A DNA stretch of 64,000 nucleotides from Pseudomonadota bacterium (GTDB taxonomy: Bacteria > Pseudomonadota > Gammaproteobacteria > Steroidobacterales > Steroidobacteraceae), in NCBI GenBank assembly GCA_039800965.1, contig JBDLPS010000221.1, positions 5,877 to 69,876 on the forward strand. The letters are read 5' to 3'. The notes beneath the pieces are model-generated. The model worked only from the letters and a program-made list of their open reading frames with translations, was not told where the DNA came from and searched no databases. A program made the position numbers and the translations under genes. This document shows positions 1 through 11,856 of this stretch, one piece after another; within the stretch, counting starts at the first letter, position 1; the number at the start of each line of letters is the position of its first letter.

Positions 1-1314
1 GCCGCGCTGGCCCGTGTCGTCGAACAGGGCAGCACGGCGGAGGATGCGCTGGCGCAGGTGGATCCCGCGCCGTCGCATCGCGCCGCGGCCCGCGCGATCC
101 TCGGTGGCGCCTTGCGCTGGTACCTGCGCCTTGCGCCAGCGCTCGAGGGACTGATGTCCAAGGGGCGGCGGCCGCAGGCGAGCGTCCATGCGCTGCTGGT
201 CGCCGGGGCCCACCAGATCGTGTATTCCCGTGCGCCCGCTGAATCGGTGGTCAACATCGCGGTCGACGCGGTGCGTGCCCTGCGGATGCCGGCGGCCAGC
301 GGTTTCGTCAACGCCGTGCTGCGCCGTTTCGTGCGCGAGGCCGCCGAGCGTCTTGCCGCCGTGGATCGCAAGCCCGCGGCGGCCTGTGCCCATCCCCGCT
401 GGCTGGTGCAGGCGCTGGAGTCGGCCTACGGCAGCGCGGCGCGCGACCTGCTCGCGGCGAACAACGAACACCCGCCCATGACCTTGCGCGTGGACCTGTC
501 GCGCAGCACCCGGGGTGATTACCTCGACGCGCTGGCCGACGCCGGCATCGCCGCGGCTCCGGGCCTTCTGCCCTCTGCGGTCGTGCTGGCGGAACCGGTG
601 TCCGTCGATGTCCTCCCGGGTTTCGGGGCCGGGCTTGTCAGCGTGCAGGATGCTGGTGCGCAGGTGGCTGCCTGGCTGGTGGATGCGCAGCCGGGCGAGC
701 GCGTGCTCGATGCCTGCGCCGCGCCGGGTGGCAAGACCGGCCACCTGCTCGAATACACACCCGGACTCGACGAGGTGGTCGCGCTCGACAGCGCGCCGCT
801 GCGTCTCGAGCGCGTCGCGCGCAACCTCGAGCGCCTTCAGCGTCGTGCCACGCTGGTCTGCGCGGATTTCGCGGCGGAGCCCACGTGGTGGGACGGCCGG
901 TTCTTCGACCGCATCCTGCTGGACGCGCCCTGTTCGGCCACCGGTGTCATCCGTCGTCATCCCGACATCAAGCTGCTGCGCCGCGCGGGGGACATCGGCG
1001 GCTTCGCCGATCAGCAGGCAGCGATGCTGCGGCGCGCGGCCGCGCTGCTGAAGCCGGGTGGCCGGCTTGTCTACGCCACCTGCTCGGTCTTGCCGCCGGA
1101 AAACGCCGGGCTGGTGGATCGCGTGCTCACCCAGGGTGGCGCCGGCCTGCGCAGGGTGCCTGCTTCGTCATGGCGCCTTCCGCCCGGTCTCTTGGCCGAC
1201 GGAGAGGGCCTGCAGTTGCTCCCCGCGCTGCGGGCCGACGGGCCCGGCGCGGCAACCGACGGCTTCCATTATGCTGTGCTGACGACAGGGGGCGGCGCAG
1301 ACGATGCGACGTGA
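1..1314 (+). CDS. rsmB: 16S rRNA (cytosine-C5)-methyltransferase RsmB/Sun, 5' end cut by the window edge
   Basis: The frame is open from nt 1 (AALARVVEQGSTAEDALAQV...). A SAM-methyltransferase core follows, with DACAAPGGKT and DAPCSATGVIRRHPDIK motifs. Stop at 1312-1314. Confidence 0.9.
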   Translation, partial: AALARVVEQGSTAEDALAQVDPAPSHRAAARAILGGALRWYLRLAPALEGLMSKGRRPQASVHALLVAGAHQIVYSRAPAESVVNIAVDAVRALRMPAASGFVNAVLRRFVREAAERLAAVDRKPAAACAHPRWLVQALESAYGSAARDLLAANNEHPPMTLRVDLSRSTRGDYLDALADAGIAAAPGLLPSAVVLAEPVSVDVLPGFGAGLVSVQDAGAQVAAWLVDAQPGERVLDACAAPGGKTGHLLEYTPGLDEVVALDSAPLRLERVARNLERLQRRATLVCADFAAEPTWWDGRFFDRILLDAPCSATGVIRRHPDIKLLRRAGDIGGFADQQAAMLRRAAALLKPGGRLVYATCSVLPPENAGLVDRVLTQGGAGLRRVPASSWRLPPGLLADGEGLQLLPALRADGPGAATDGFHYAVLTTGGGADDAT

Positions 1315-1887
1315 ATCGACAGCCGGCGAATGGAGCCCGTGGCAGCGCTGCCTGCTGGCCTGCGCCGTGCTCCTGTGCGCCATGCTGTCCCGCCAGGCTG
1401 CCGCGGATCCGCTCGATGGCACCTTCGAGGTGCGGTCCGCCTATGTCACCGTCGACAACGGCGTCTATCAGCTCAATACGCGCATCGCCTGCCCGCTCAA
1501 CGACGAGATACGCCGTGCCCTGCAGGACGGCGTGACGCTCAGCTTCGACATCGAGGCCCAGGTGCTGCGGCACCGGCGCTACTGGACGGACGCGACCGTC
1601 GTGTCCTACACCCTGCGGCGCGAGCTGTCCTGGCACGCGGTGCGCCGGCATTTCGTCGTGCGCGACGTTGAGCGCGGAGAGTTGGGCAGTTACGGCACGC
1701 TGGACCAGGCCTTGGCCGCCATTGGCGCTGTCGATGCGTTGCCCGTCCTGCTGGAGTCGCAGCTGCAGGCCGATGCCAGCTATGAGATCGGCGTGCGTGC
1801 GGTGGTGCGGCGGGGCAGCTTGTCCGCCACGCTGCGTGCGCTGATGTGGTGGTCCGACAGTTGGCAACGGACCAGCGATTGGTATTC

Positions 1888-1906
<19 letters not shown>
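1304..1906 (+). CDS. DUF4390-like exported protein
   Basis: ATG at 1304 overlaps the rsmB stop. There is an N-terminal hydrophobic signal (LLACAVLLCAMLS). Its position between rsmB and ntrY is the usual place for DUF4390 in beta-proteobacterial synteny. The translation fits that family by recollection. Confidence 0.7.
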
Positions 1907-4062
<2,156 letters not shown>

Positions 4063-4079
4063 CCCCAGAGGTCGGGTGC

Positions 4080-5447
4080 ATGAGTGCAGGGAAGATCCTT
4101 GTTGTCGACGATGAAGCCGACATCCGGACGCTGCTGAAGGAGATCCTGTCCGAGGAAGGCTACGACGTCGAGGTCGCGGCAGATGCTGCGCAGGCCCGTT
4201 CCGCGCGGGCCCGATCACTGCACGATCTCGTGCTGCTCGACATCTGGATGCCCGATACCGATGGCATCACCCTGCTGCGGGAATGGTCCCTGGCCGCGAT
4301 GGATGACTGCCCGGTGGTGATGATGTCCGGCCACGGCACGGTGGAGACCGCCGTCGAGGCGACTCGACTCGGTGCCTTCGATTTCGTCGAGAAGCCGCTT
4401 TCGCTCGCCAAGTTGCTGCGCACCGTCCAGCGCGCGCTGGATGCCGGCAAGCGCCGGCGCCTGGCATCACGCGCGGGCACCGGTCCCTTGCTGGCGACGG
4501 TCGGCAAGAGTCGCGTGATGCAGGACCTGCGTGCGGAACTGACGCGCCTTGCCCCGCATGCATCGCCCTTGCTGCTCAGCGGCGAGCCTGGCAGCGGCCG
4601 CGAGGCGCTCGCCCGCTTCGTGCACGATACGGGTCCCCGTGCAGGCAAGCCCTTCGTCAGCTGCATCGCCAGTTCGATCGCCGACGCGGATGCCGAGGCG
4701 CAGCTGTTCGGCAGCGAGTCCGCCGGCATCGCTTCGCCGGGTCTGCTGGAGCGCGCGGACGGTGGCACGCTTTTCCTGAGTGGTATCGAGGATCTCGCGC
4801 CGCAGGCCCAGAAGGCACTCTTCGGCGTGCTGGAGGGTGGGAGCTACCGCCGCATCGGCGGCAGCACGACGCTGGCCCTCGGGACGCGATTGATTTCGAC
4901 CGCGCGGCCCGGCGTTGAATCCCGTGCCGGCGTCGATGGTGGCGTGCGGCGCGACCTCCTGGCGCAACTCGCCTCGCTGGTCGTGAGGGTGCCGCCCCTG
5001 CGTGATTACGCGGAGGACGTGCCGGAACTGCTGCGTTACTGCGTCGACCGCCTGGTGGACACCGAGGGCCTGCCATTCCGGCGGTTCAGCGTGGCCGCCC
5101 AGAACCGCCTGCGCAATTACCCGTGGCCGGACAACGTGCGGGAGTTGCGCAGCCTCGTGCGACGCATGTTGATCCGCGGCGGCGCGGAGGAAATCACCCT
5201 CGTCGAGATCGAACGCGAGCTTGCGACGCATGCGCCCCAGGACGAACCACTGGTGAAGCAGGACCTGCTGGCGCTGCCGCTGCGCGAGGCACGCGAGCAG
5301 TTCGAGCGGGCTTACCTGCAGCAGCAGCTGCAGTTGTGCAACGGCAAGGTTGGCCAGCTTGCCAAGCGCGTCGGCATGGAGCGCACGCACCTCTACCGCA
5401 AGCTGCGGTCCCTGGGGATCGATTTCCGGCAGGCGACGGACGACTGA
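4080..5447 (+). CDS. ntrX: NtrX-like response regulator (REC + AAA+ + HTH)
   Basis: Real start is MSAGKILVVDDEADIR at ATG 4080; the track ORF from 3786 is an in-frame extension overlapping ntrY. REC phospho-acceptor context is LLDIWMPDTDG and Walker A is GEPGSGRE. The GAFTGA position reads SAGIAS, as expected for NtrX-type regulators. A C-terminal Fis-type HTH is present. Confidence 0.85.
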   Translation: MSAGKILVVDDEADIRTLLKEILSEEGYDVEVAADAAQARSARARSLHDLVLLDIWMPDTDGITLLREWSLAAMDDCPVVMMSGHGTVETAVEATRLGAFDFVEKPLSLAKLLRTVQRALDAGKRRRLASRAGTGPLLATVGKSRVMQDLRAELTRLAPHASPLLLSGEPGSGREALARFVHDTGPRAGKPFVSCIASSIADADAEAQLFGSESAGIASPGLLERADGGTLFLSGIEDLAPQAQKALFGVLEGGSYRRIGGSTTLALGTRLISTARPGVESRAGVDGGVRRDLLAQLASLVVRVPPLRDYAEDVPELLRYCVDRLVDTEGLPFRRFSVAAQNRLRNYPWPDNVRELRSLVRRMLIRGGAEEITLVEIERELATHAPQDEPLVKQDLLALPLREAREQFERAYLQQQLQLCNGKVGQLAKRVGMERTHLYRKLRSLGIDFRQATDD

Positions 5448-5457
5448 TGGCCAGGTA

Positions 5458-5481
5458 CCGGGGCGGCCTGCGCCGCCCCGG
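5458..5481. terminator. Perfect 10-bp GC hairpin between convergent ntrX and amtB (candidate bidirectional terminator)
   Basis: Sequence is ccggggcggc-ctgc-gccgccccgg. It lies 11 nt after the ntrX stop and 10 nt from the amtB stop. There is no U-tract on either strand. Confidence 0.5.
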
Positions 5482-5490
5482 TCGCCCGGT

Positions 5491-6714
5491 TCAGCCGATG
5501 TAGCCGCGCTCGCCGTGTTCGGCGAGGTCCAGTCCTTCGGATTCGTTCTCGTCCGAGACGCGCAGTCCAAGCGTGGCATCCAGCGACTTGAGCAGCAGCC
5601 AGGTGACCAGTCCGCACCAGGCCGCCGTCACGGCGATGCCGAGCGCCTGCGCGCCGAGCTGGCCGACGATGTCCTGTTGCACGCTGAAGCCCGTGCCGCC
5701 CAGCGCTGTCGAGGCGAAGACCGCCGTCAGCAGCGAACCGATCACGCCGCCCACGCCATGCACGGGCGATACATCCAGCGAATCGTCGATGCGCAGCACG
5801 CGCTTCACCACCTGCGTCGCGAAATAGCAGACCGTGCCGGCGACAAGGCCGATCGCGACGGCGCCCAGCGGGCTGACGTAGCCCGAGGCCGGCGTGATGG
5901 TGCCCAGTCCGGCCACAACGCCGGTCAGCAGGCCCAGCACGCTCGGCTTGCCGTAGTGCCGCCACTCGATGAGCATCCATGCCAGCGCGCCGGAGCAGGC
6001 GCCGAGGTGGGTCGCCAGGATCGCCATGCCGGCGGTGCCGTTCGCCGCCAGCGCACTGCCGCCGTTGAAACCGAACCAGCCCACCCACAGCATGCCCGCG
6101 CCCATCGCGACGACAGGCAGGCTGTGCGGCGGCATCGGAACCTGCGGGAAGCCGCGGCGGTTGCCGATCACCTTGGCACAGACCAGCGCCGCCACGCCGG
6201 CATTCACGTGCACGACGATGCCGCCAGCGAAGTCCATCACGCCGAGCTTCGCGAGCCAGCCATTGCCCCAGATCCAGTGCGCCACCGGCACGTAGACGAG
6301 CAGCAGCCACAGCGCGCTGAACCACAACACCACGCTGAATCGCGTGCGCTCGGCATAGCCACCGATCACCAGGGCCGGGGTGATGACGGCGAAGGTCAGC
6401 TGGAACATGAAGAACACGGGTTCGGGCAGCGTGCCGACGAGGCTCGAGGCCGTCACCCCCGACAGGAAGGCCCGGTCCAGGCTGCCGATCAGCGCGTTGC
6501 TGGCACCACCGTCGCGGAAGGCCAGTCCGTAGCCCGCCGCGAGCCACACGAGCGACGCGATGCAGGTGATCGCGAAGCACTGGATCAGGATCGACAGCAC
6601 GTTCTTGCTGCGGACGAGACCGCCATAGAAAAGCGCGAGTCCAGGAAGCGTCATGAACAGGACGAGGGCGGAAGCGCAGATGATCCACGCCGTGTCGGCG
6701 GCATTGAAGGCCAT
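5491..6714 (-). CDS. amtB: Ammonium transporter (Amt family)
   Basis: 407 aa polytopic membrane protein. N-terminus is MAFNAADTAWIICASALVLFMTLPGLALFYGGLVRSKN. Also carries DFAGGIVVHVNAG and WVGWFGFNGGS, all typical Amt signatures. Confidence 0.93.
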   Translation of the reverse strand: MAFNAADTAWIICASALVLFMTLPGLALFYGGLVRSKNVLSILIQCFAITCIASLVWLAAGYGLAFRDGGASNALIGSLDRAFLSGVTASSLVGTLPEPVFFMFQLTFAVITPALVIGGYAERTRFSVVLWFSALWLLLVYVPVAHWIWGNGWLAKLGVMDFAGGIVVHVNAGVAALVCAKVIGNRRGFPQVPMPPHSLPVVAMGAGMLWVGWFGFNGGSALAANGTAGMAILATHLGACSGALAWMLIEWRHYGKPSVLGLLTGVVAGLGTITPASGYVSPLGAVAIGLVAGTVCYFATQVVKRVLRIDDSLDVSPVHGVGGVIGSLLTAVFASTALGGTGFSVQQDIVGQLGAQALGIAVTAAWCGLVTWLLLKSLDATLGLRVSDENESEGLDLAEHGERGYIG

Positions 6715-6847
6715 GGAGCGTCACCGGTGGGGGAAGTTGTGCGGCATTCTGCACCAGCCAACGGTGGGTACAAGATGCCGCAACCCACTGATTGCGCTCG
6801 GAAATAGGGCGAGTTCAGCCCGTGGCCGCGGGCAACTCGTCCGCTTT

Positions 6848-6864
6848 CGCACCATTCTGGTGCA
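6848..6864. promoter_or_regulatory. NtrC-type enhancer-like palindrome upstream of amtB
   Basis: cGCACCAttcTGGTGCA matches the enterobacterial NtrC consensus TGCACCA-N3-TGGTGCA at 13 of the 14 defined positions. It is centred about 142 nt upstream of the amtB ATG (6714). Confidence 0.5.
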
Positions 6865-7017
6865 TCAATCCATCGCTGGAAGCGCCTGGTTGGCGCCCAT
6901 GGCGCGGCTGGAGACTCCCTCGGGTGCGTCCGCGGAAACGCGGAGGCTCGTTTTGCACCGTCACGGAGCGTCGCATCATCGGCCGTGCGGGGCGCGCACC
7001 ATGAGTGGGCGCCGGAC

Positions 7018-7599
7018 CTAATCTCCTACGCGAGTGACGATCGGCTCGATGTCCACCCGGTGCAACTGGTCGCGCATGCGGTTGAGTTGGTCCAGGTTGC
7101 CAATGGGACCGATGCGGATGCGGTGCCACACGTCGTCGTCGACCGACACCCGCTGCAGCGTTGCAGCGATGCCGAGCTTCGCGAGCCTGGCGCGGGCGCG
7201 CTCCGCGTCCTCGATCTCGCGGAACGTGCCGGCCTGCAGGACGTAGGTCCCTGGCTGGTCGATCCTGGAAGCGGGTTGTTCGCGACGGGCGCCCTGCCCC
7301 TTCTCGGGCGGCACGACCTCGTCCTTCAGCAGCTTGTCGTAGAAGTCGAACTGCTGAGGCGGCGGCTCGTCGTTGGCCTCGGGTTTGCGGTTGTCCGTGC
7401 CGGCGGCCTCGCGCGTTGCCGATTTCTTGGAGCCGCCGGCATCAGGCGGCGCGCCGCGGTGATCCTTCACGTAGACCAGCACTGCGACGAGCAGGCCTAC
7501 GGCAAGGCCGATGCCCATGTCGCGCCAGCGGCCCGCGTTGGCCTGTCGCCGGGCCATCGGGGTCTTGAAGTCGCGCGTCGTCAGCCGCGGGCCCGGCAT
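7018..7599 (-). CDS. SPOR domain-containing (FtsN-like) membrane protein
   Basis: Has one TM helix (GIGLAVGLLVAVLVYV) and a charged, Pro-rich linker. A C-terminal SPOR-like domain follows (GTYVLQAGTFREIEDAERARARLAKLGIAATLQRV...WHRIRIGP). It lies immediately downstream of argS. Confidence 0.8.
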   Translation of the reverse strand: MPGPRLTTRDFKTPMARRQANAGRWRDMGIGLAVGLLVAVLVYVKDHRGAPPDAGGSKKSATREAAGTDNRKPEANDEPPPQQFDFYDKLLKDEVVPPEKGQGARREQPASRIDQPGTYVLQAGTFREIEDAERARARLAKLGIAATLQRVSVDDDVWHRIRIGPIGNLDQLNRMRDQLHRVDIEPIVTRVGD

Positions 7600-7601
7600 T
7601 G

Positions 7602-9362
7602 CTACATCGTCTCCGGTGCGGACACGCCCAGCAGATGCAGGCCGTTGCGCACGACCTGCTGCGTGGCGAGCACGAGCGCCAGGCGCGCGTTGCGCAGGGC
7701 GTCGTCCTCGACGATGAACTGCTCGGCGTTGTAGTAGGTGTGGAAAGCGTTCGCCAGTTCGCGCAGGTAGTGCACCAGCGAATGTGGCGCGCGGTGCGCC
7801 CCCGCGACCGCCACGATCTCCGGATAGCGGCCCAGTTGCGTCAACAGTGCTGCTTCATGCGAGGTGGACAGCAGCCCGAGGCTGGCCATGCCGCTGGCCG
7901 CGTCGTAGGCGTGGCCCTTGGATGCCAGCTGGCGCAGCACCGAGGCCACGCGCGCGTGCGCGTACTGGATGTAGTAGACCGGGTTGTCGTTGGTGCGCGA
8001 CTTCGCCAGCGTCATGTCGAAGTCGAGATGCTGGTCGTTGCCGCGCATCACGTAGAAGAAACGGCAGGCGTCGTTGCCCACCTCGTTGCGCAGTTCGCGC
8101 AGCGTGATGAATTCGCCCGAGCGCGTGGACATCTGCGCCTTCTCGCCGTCGCGGAACAGCGTGACGAACTGCACCAGCAGCGCTTCGAGCGAATCACCCG
8201 GCTCGCCCATGGCCGTGAGGCCGGCGCGCACGCGCGCGACATAGCCGTGGTGGTCCGAGCCCAGGATGTCGAGCAACACGTCGAAGCCGCGCTCGCGCTT
8301 TTCGAGGTGGTAGGCGATGTCGGAGGCGAAGTAGGTCTTCACGCCGTTCTCGCGCACGACCACGCGATCCTTGTCGTCACCGAAGGTCGTGGCACGGAAC
8401 CACAGTGCGCCGTCCTTCTCGTACACGTGGTCGTGCTGCGCAAGGCGATGCAGCGCGCGGTCGATGGCGCCGTTGTCGGCCAGCGAGCGTTCCGAGTACC
8501 AGCGGTCGAAGGTGACGCCGAATTCCGCGAGGTCGTTTTCGATGTCGGCGAGGATCGCCTTGAGGCCCAGGTCGAGCACGCCGCGGAAGGCCGTCTCGCC
8601 GATCAACTGCTTCGCGCGCGAGATCACCGCATCGATGTAGGCGTCCTTGTCGCCGCCTTCCGGTTCGTCAGGCGGCAGGTTGCCGAACAGTTCTCCTTCG
8701 GCGCGCTGCAGGGTGTCGCCGGCCATCTGCAGCAGTTCCGCCGCGATTTCGCGGACGTACTCGCCCTTGTAGCCGTTTGACGGGAAACGGAAGGTCTCGC
8801 CGCAGGCCTCGAGGTAACGCATCCATACGCTGACCGCGAGGATGTCCATCTGGCGGCCCGCATCGTTGATGTAGTACTCGCGATGCACCTGCCAGCCGTT
8901 GGCGGCGAGCAGGTTTGCGACGCTGGCGCCGAAGGCACCGTGGCGGCCGTGGCCGACATGCAGGGGGCCCGTAGGGTTGGACGAGACGAATTCGACGAGG
9001 ATCTTGCGGTCCGCGCCGCTTGCGTTGCGGCCGAAGGCATCGCCCAGTTCGTGGATCTGGCGCACGACCTGGGCCTGTGCGTCGCCGGCGAGGAAGAAGT
9101 TGATGAAGCCGGCGCCCGCGACCTCCACCTTCGTGACCTGGGGGGAGGCGGGCAGTGCATCGACGATCGCCAGCGCGAGGTCACGCGGCTTGAGGCCGGC
9201 ACCCTTCGCAAGTCGCATGGCGATGTTGGTGGCGAAGTCGCCGTTGGCCGGATCGCGCGTGCGCTCGATCACGATGTTCTGCGGGTCCACGGCCGACGGC
9301 AGCAGGGTGCCGGTCAGGCGCGCCAGGGCTTCCATCAGCAATTGCTCGAGCGCTTGCTTCAA
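7602..9362 (-). CDS. argS: Arginine--tRNA ligase
   Basis: 586 aa. Class I HIGH motif in SSNPTGPLHVGHGR, and MSTRSG in place of KMSKS. A C-terminal anticodon-binding domain is present. Confidence 0.95.
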   Translation of the reverse strand: MKQALEQLLMEALARLTGTLLPSAVDPQNIVIERTRDPANGDFATNIAMRLAKGAGLKPRDLALAIVDALPASPQVTKVEVAGAGFINFFLAGDAQAQVVRQIHELGDAFGRNASGADRKILVEFVSSNPTGPLHVGHGRHGAFGASVANLLAANGWQVHREYYINDAGRQMDILAVSVWMRYLEACGETFRFPSNGYKGEYVREIAAELLQMAGDTLQRAEGELFGNLPPDEPEGGDKDAYIDAVISRAKQLIGETAFRGVLDLGLKAILADIENDLAEFGVTFDRWYSERSLADNGAIDRALHRLAQHDHVYEKDGALWFRATTFGDDKDRVVVRENGVKTYFASDIAYHLEKRERGFDVLLDILGSDHHGYVARVRAGLTAMGEPGDSLEALLVQFVTLFRDGEKAQMSTRSGEFITLRELRNEVGNDACRFFYVMRGNDQHLDFDMTLAKSRTNDNPVYYIQYAHARVASVLRQLASKGHAYDAASGMASLGLLSTSHEAALLTQLGRYPEIVAVAGAHRAPHSLVHYLRELANAFHTYYNAEQFIVEDDALRNARLALVLATQQVVRNGLHLLGVSAPETM

Positions 9363-9440
9363 GTCGGTCTTCCAGGTTGGTCGGGTGCCGGGTCGGCGTG
9401 GGCCGCAAGTGTACCTTTTCGACGCTGTGGCTGGCCCGTC

Positions 9441-11642
9441 CTAGAAGACTTCGAGTGGGTCGACGTCCAGCGCCCAGCGGACGTCGCGCGCCGCCGGCAG
9501 TTGCTCGACCTGCGGCAGCCATGTCGCCAGGAAGCGCTGCAGGGAGGGTCGGTCGCCGCTCTCCACCAGCAGTTGCGCATGGTGGCGCCCGGCCTTGCGG
9601 ACCATTGCCGCGGGGACCGGGCCGCGCAGCGCGACGGCGCGCGGCGCACCCGCGAGATGCCGCGCCACAGCCAGGAAGTCGATCGCGGCCGTCGGTGCGA
9701 TTCCCGACGCCCGCAGCAAGGCCAGCCTGCCATAGGGCGGCCACTTTGCTGCCGCTCGCTCCGGCAGGGCCTGGCGTGCGAAGCCGCCATAGCCCTCGGC
9801 AAGCAGTGCCGCAAGCAGCGGATGTTCGGGGAACTCGGTCTGGATGAGCACTTCGCCCGGGCGCGAGGCACGGCCTGCACGGCCCGCGACCTGCACCACG
9901 GTCTGCGCGAGGCGTTCGGCCGCGCGGAAGTCGGTGCTGAAGAGGCTCTGGTCCGCGTTCAATACCCCGACCAGGGTTACGTCCGGGAAGTGGTGGCCCT
10001 TGGTCAGCATCTGCGTGCCGACGAGGATCCGTGCCTCGCCCGAGGTCACGCGGTCGATGGCGGCCTCCAGTTCGTCGGGGTGACGCACGCTGTCACGGTC
10101 GAAACGGGCGATCGGGTATCCGGGGAAGCGTTCGGCGAGCGTTTCCTCGACGCGTTCGGTGCCGTGGCCCAGCGGTTTCACACCGTGGCCGCAGCGTGGG
10201 CACCGCGGGGGCAAAGCACTTTCCGCGCCACAATGATGGCAGGACAGTCGCTGTTCCCGCTGGTGCAGCGTCATGCGCGCGTCGCAATGGGTGCATGCAG
10301 CGGTCCAGCCGCAGCCCTGGCACAGCAAGGTCGGTGCGTAGCCCCGGCGGTTGATGAACACCAGCACCTGTCCGCCAGCGTCCAGATGCCGCTCGATCGC
10401 AGAGCAGAGCGGCGCCGAAAGGCCGCGGTGCACGGCGTGCGCGCGCAGGTCGACCAGCCGCAGCACCGGTGGTTCTGCCGCTCCCGCGCGTTGTGGCAGT
10501 GGCAGGCAGGTGGTCTTGCCAAGCTGGACGTTCTGGAGCGATTCGAAAGAGGGCGTCGCCGAACCCAGCAGCACCGGCACGCCTGCGCGTTGCGCCCGCA
10601 CGATCGCCAGGTCCCGCGCGTGGTAGCGGAAGCCGCCCTCGTGCTGCTTGAACGATCCGTCGTGCTCTTCGTCGACGACCACAAGCCCGAGTTCGGGCAG
10701 CGGCGCGAACACGGCGGAGCGCGTGCCGATGACGATGCGTGCCTCGCCGCGTGCCGTGCTGCGCCAGGCCGCCAGCCTTTCCCGGTCCGTCAGCCCGGAG
10801 TGCAGCGCGGCGATGGGCACAGCGAAACGGGCACGGAAACGTGCCACAAGCTGTGGCGTGAGGCCGATCTCCGGGCACAGCACCAGCGCGGTGCGGCCGC
10901 GGGCGAGTACCTCGTCGATGATCCGCAGGTAGACCTCGGTCTTGCCGCTGCCTGTCACGCCATCGAGCAGGAAGCTGCCGAAGCCGCCCAGTGCCGCACG
11001 GACGGCATCGAAAGCGGCTTGCTGGCCAGTCGACAGCACATGACCGGCCGTCGCGCGGGATGCTGCTGCCTCCGTCGCAGGCGCCGCCCCGAGGCGTTCG
11101 ATGTCGCACCGTGCATGGCCGCGCTCCAGCAGGGGTCGCATGGCGTCGCGCCATCGGGGCAGGCTGGCTTGCAGGGCATCGGCGTCCACGGGCCCACGGT
11201 CTGCCAGCAGCGCCAGCAGTTCGCGTTGCCGGGGCGCACGCGCGAGCGCGCCGGCCAGCAGGGCCTCGCGGCCGCTTGCGGTGGCCGACCAGCGACTGAT
11301 CGCTTCCTGCCCGTCGGCGCCTTCACGCAGCAGCCTGGGCAGCGCGGCCGAAAACACCGCGCCAACGGGATGGTGGTAGTAGTCCGCCGCCCAGGCCAAC
11401 AGCGCCATGAGGTCCGCGTCCAGCAGGGGCTCGGTGTCGAGCACCGCAGTGATCGTGCGCAGTTTCCCGGGTGGCAGGTCGGATTCGGTGGCATGCCCCA
11501 CCACGAGCCCGACGCGTTCCTGTCGCCCGAATGGAACGCGCACGCGCACGCCCGCGGCGACATCGCGCCCGTCGGACCGATAGTCGAGCAGGCGTCGCAG
11601 CGGCGTGTCGATCGCCACCTTCAGGATCGGAGCGCTGCTCAC
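9441..11642 (-). CDS. priA: Primosomal replication restart helicase PriA
   Basis: Walker A DGVTGSGKTEVY and DEEHD box are present. A Cys-rich Zn module is present (CQGCGWTAACTHCDARMTLH...CHHCG...CPRCG). The GTG at 11642 gives MSSAPILKVAIDTPL, which matches the usual PriA N-terminus. The track ORF extends to a TTG at 11720. Confidence 0.9.
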   Translation of the reverse strand: MSSAPILKVAIDTPLRRLLDYRSDGRDVAAGVRVRVPFGRQERVGLVVGHATESDLPPGKLRTITAVLDTEPLLDADLMALLAWAADYYHHPVGAVFSAALPRLLREGADGQEAISRWSATASGREALLAGALARAPRQRELLALLADRGPVDADALQASLPRWRDAMRPLLERGHARCDIERLGAAPATEAAASRATAGHVLSTGQQAAFDAVRAALGGFGSFLLDGVTGSGKTEVYLRIIDEVLARGRTALVLCPEIGLTPQLVARFRARFAVPIAALHSGLTDRERLAAWRSTARGEARIVIGTRSAVFAPLPELGLVVVDEEHDGSFKQHEGGFRYHARDLAIVRAQRAGVPVLLGSATPSFESLQNVQLGKTTCLPLPQRAGAAEPPVLRLVDLRAHAVHRGLSAPLCSAIERHLDAGGQVLVFINRRGYAPTLLCQGCGWTAACTHCDARMTLHQREQRLSCHHCGAESALPPRCPRCGHGVKPLGHGTERVEETLAERFPGYPIARFDRDSVRHPDELEAAIDRVTSGEARILVGTQMLTKGHHFPDVTLVGVLNADQSLFSTDFRAAERLAQTVVQVAGRAGRASRPGEVLIQTEFPEHPLLAALLAEGYGGFARQALPERAAAKWPPYGRLALLRASGIAPTAAIDFLAVARHLAGAPRAVALRGPVPAAMVRKAGRHHAQLLVESGDRPSLQRFLATWLPQVEQLPAARDVRWALDVDPLEVF

Positions 11643-11856
11643 GGGCCGGTCCGGGTTGTCCACACAAGCTGTGGATAAGTCTGTGGATCGAAACTCGCGC
11701 AACGCGTGAAAATGCTGCAATTCCCGGGTTTCATGTCGCGTTGATCAAAAAATGTCCGTTCGCGGCCACGCCGTTTTCAGCCGAAAGCCCTTGCGGATCA
11801 AGACGCTGGGGCTGGTAGTCTGTCCATCATCTCAGGAAATGCAGATCCGTCTTCGC

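Noticed and set aside
6741-6756. Candidate sigma-54 promoter for amtB (minus strand TGGTGCAGAATGCCGCA).
   Set aside because: The GG-to-GC spacing is 11 nt by my count, not the required 10, and the flanking bases fit the consensus poorly.
6715-7017. Possible degraded glnK upstream of amtB.
   Set aside because: None of the three minus-strand frames shows any P-II-like sequence (no MKxVxAIIKPF or T-loop). The region is better explained as regulatory DNA.
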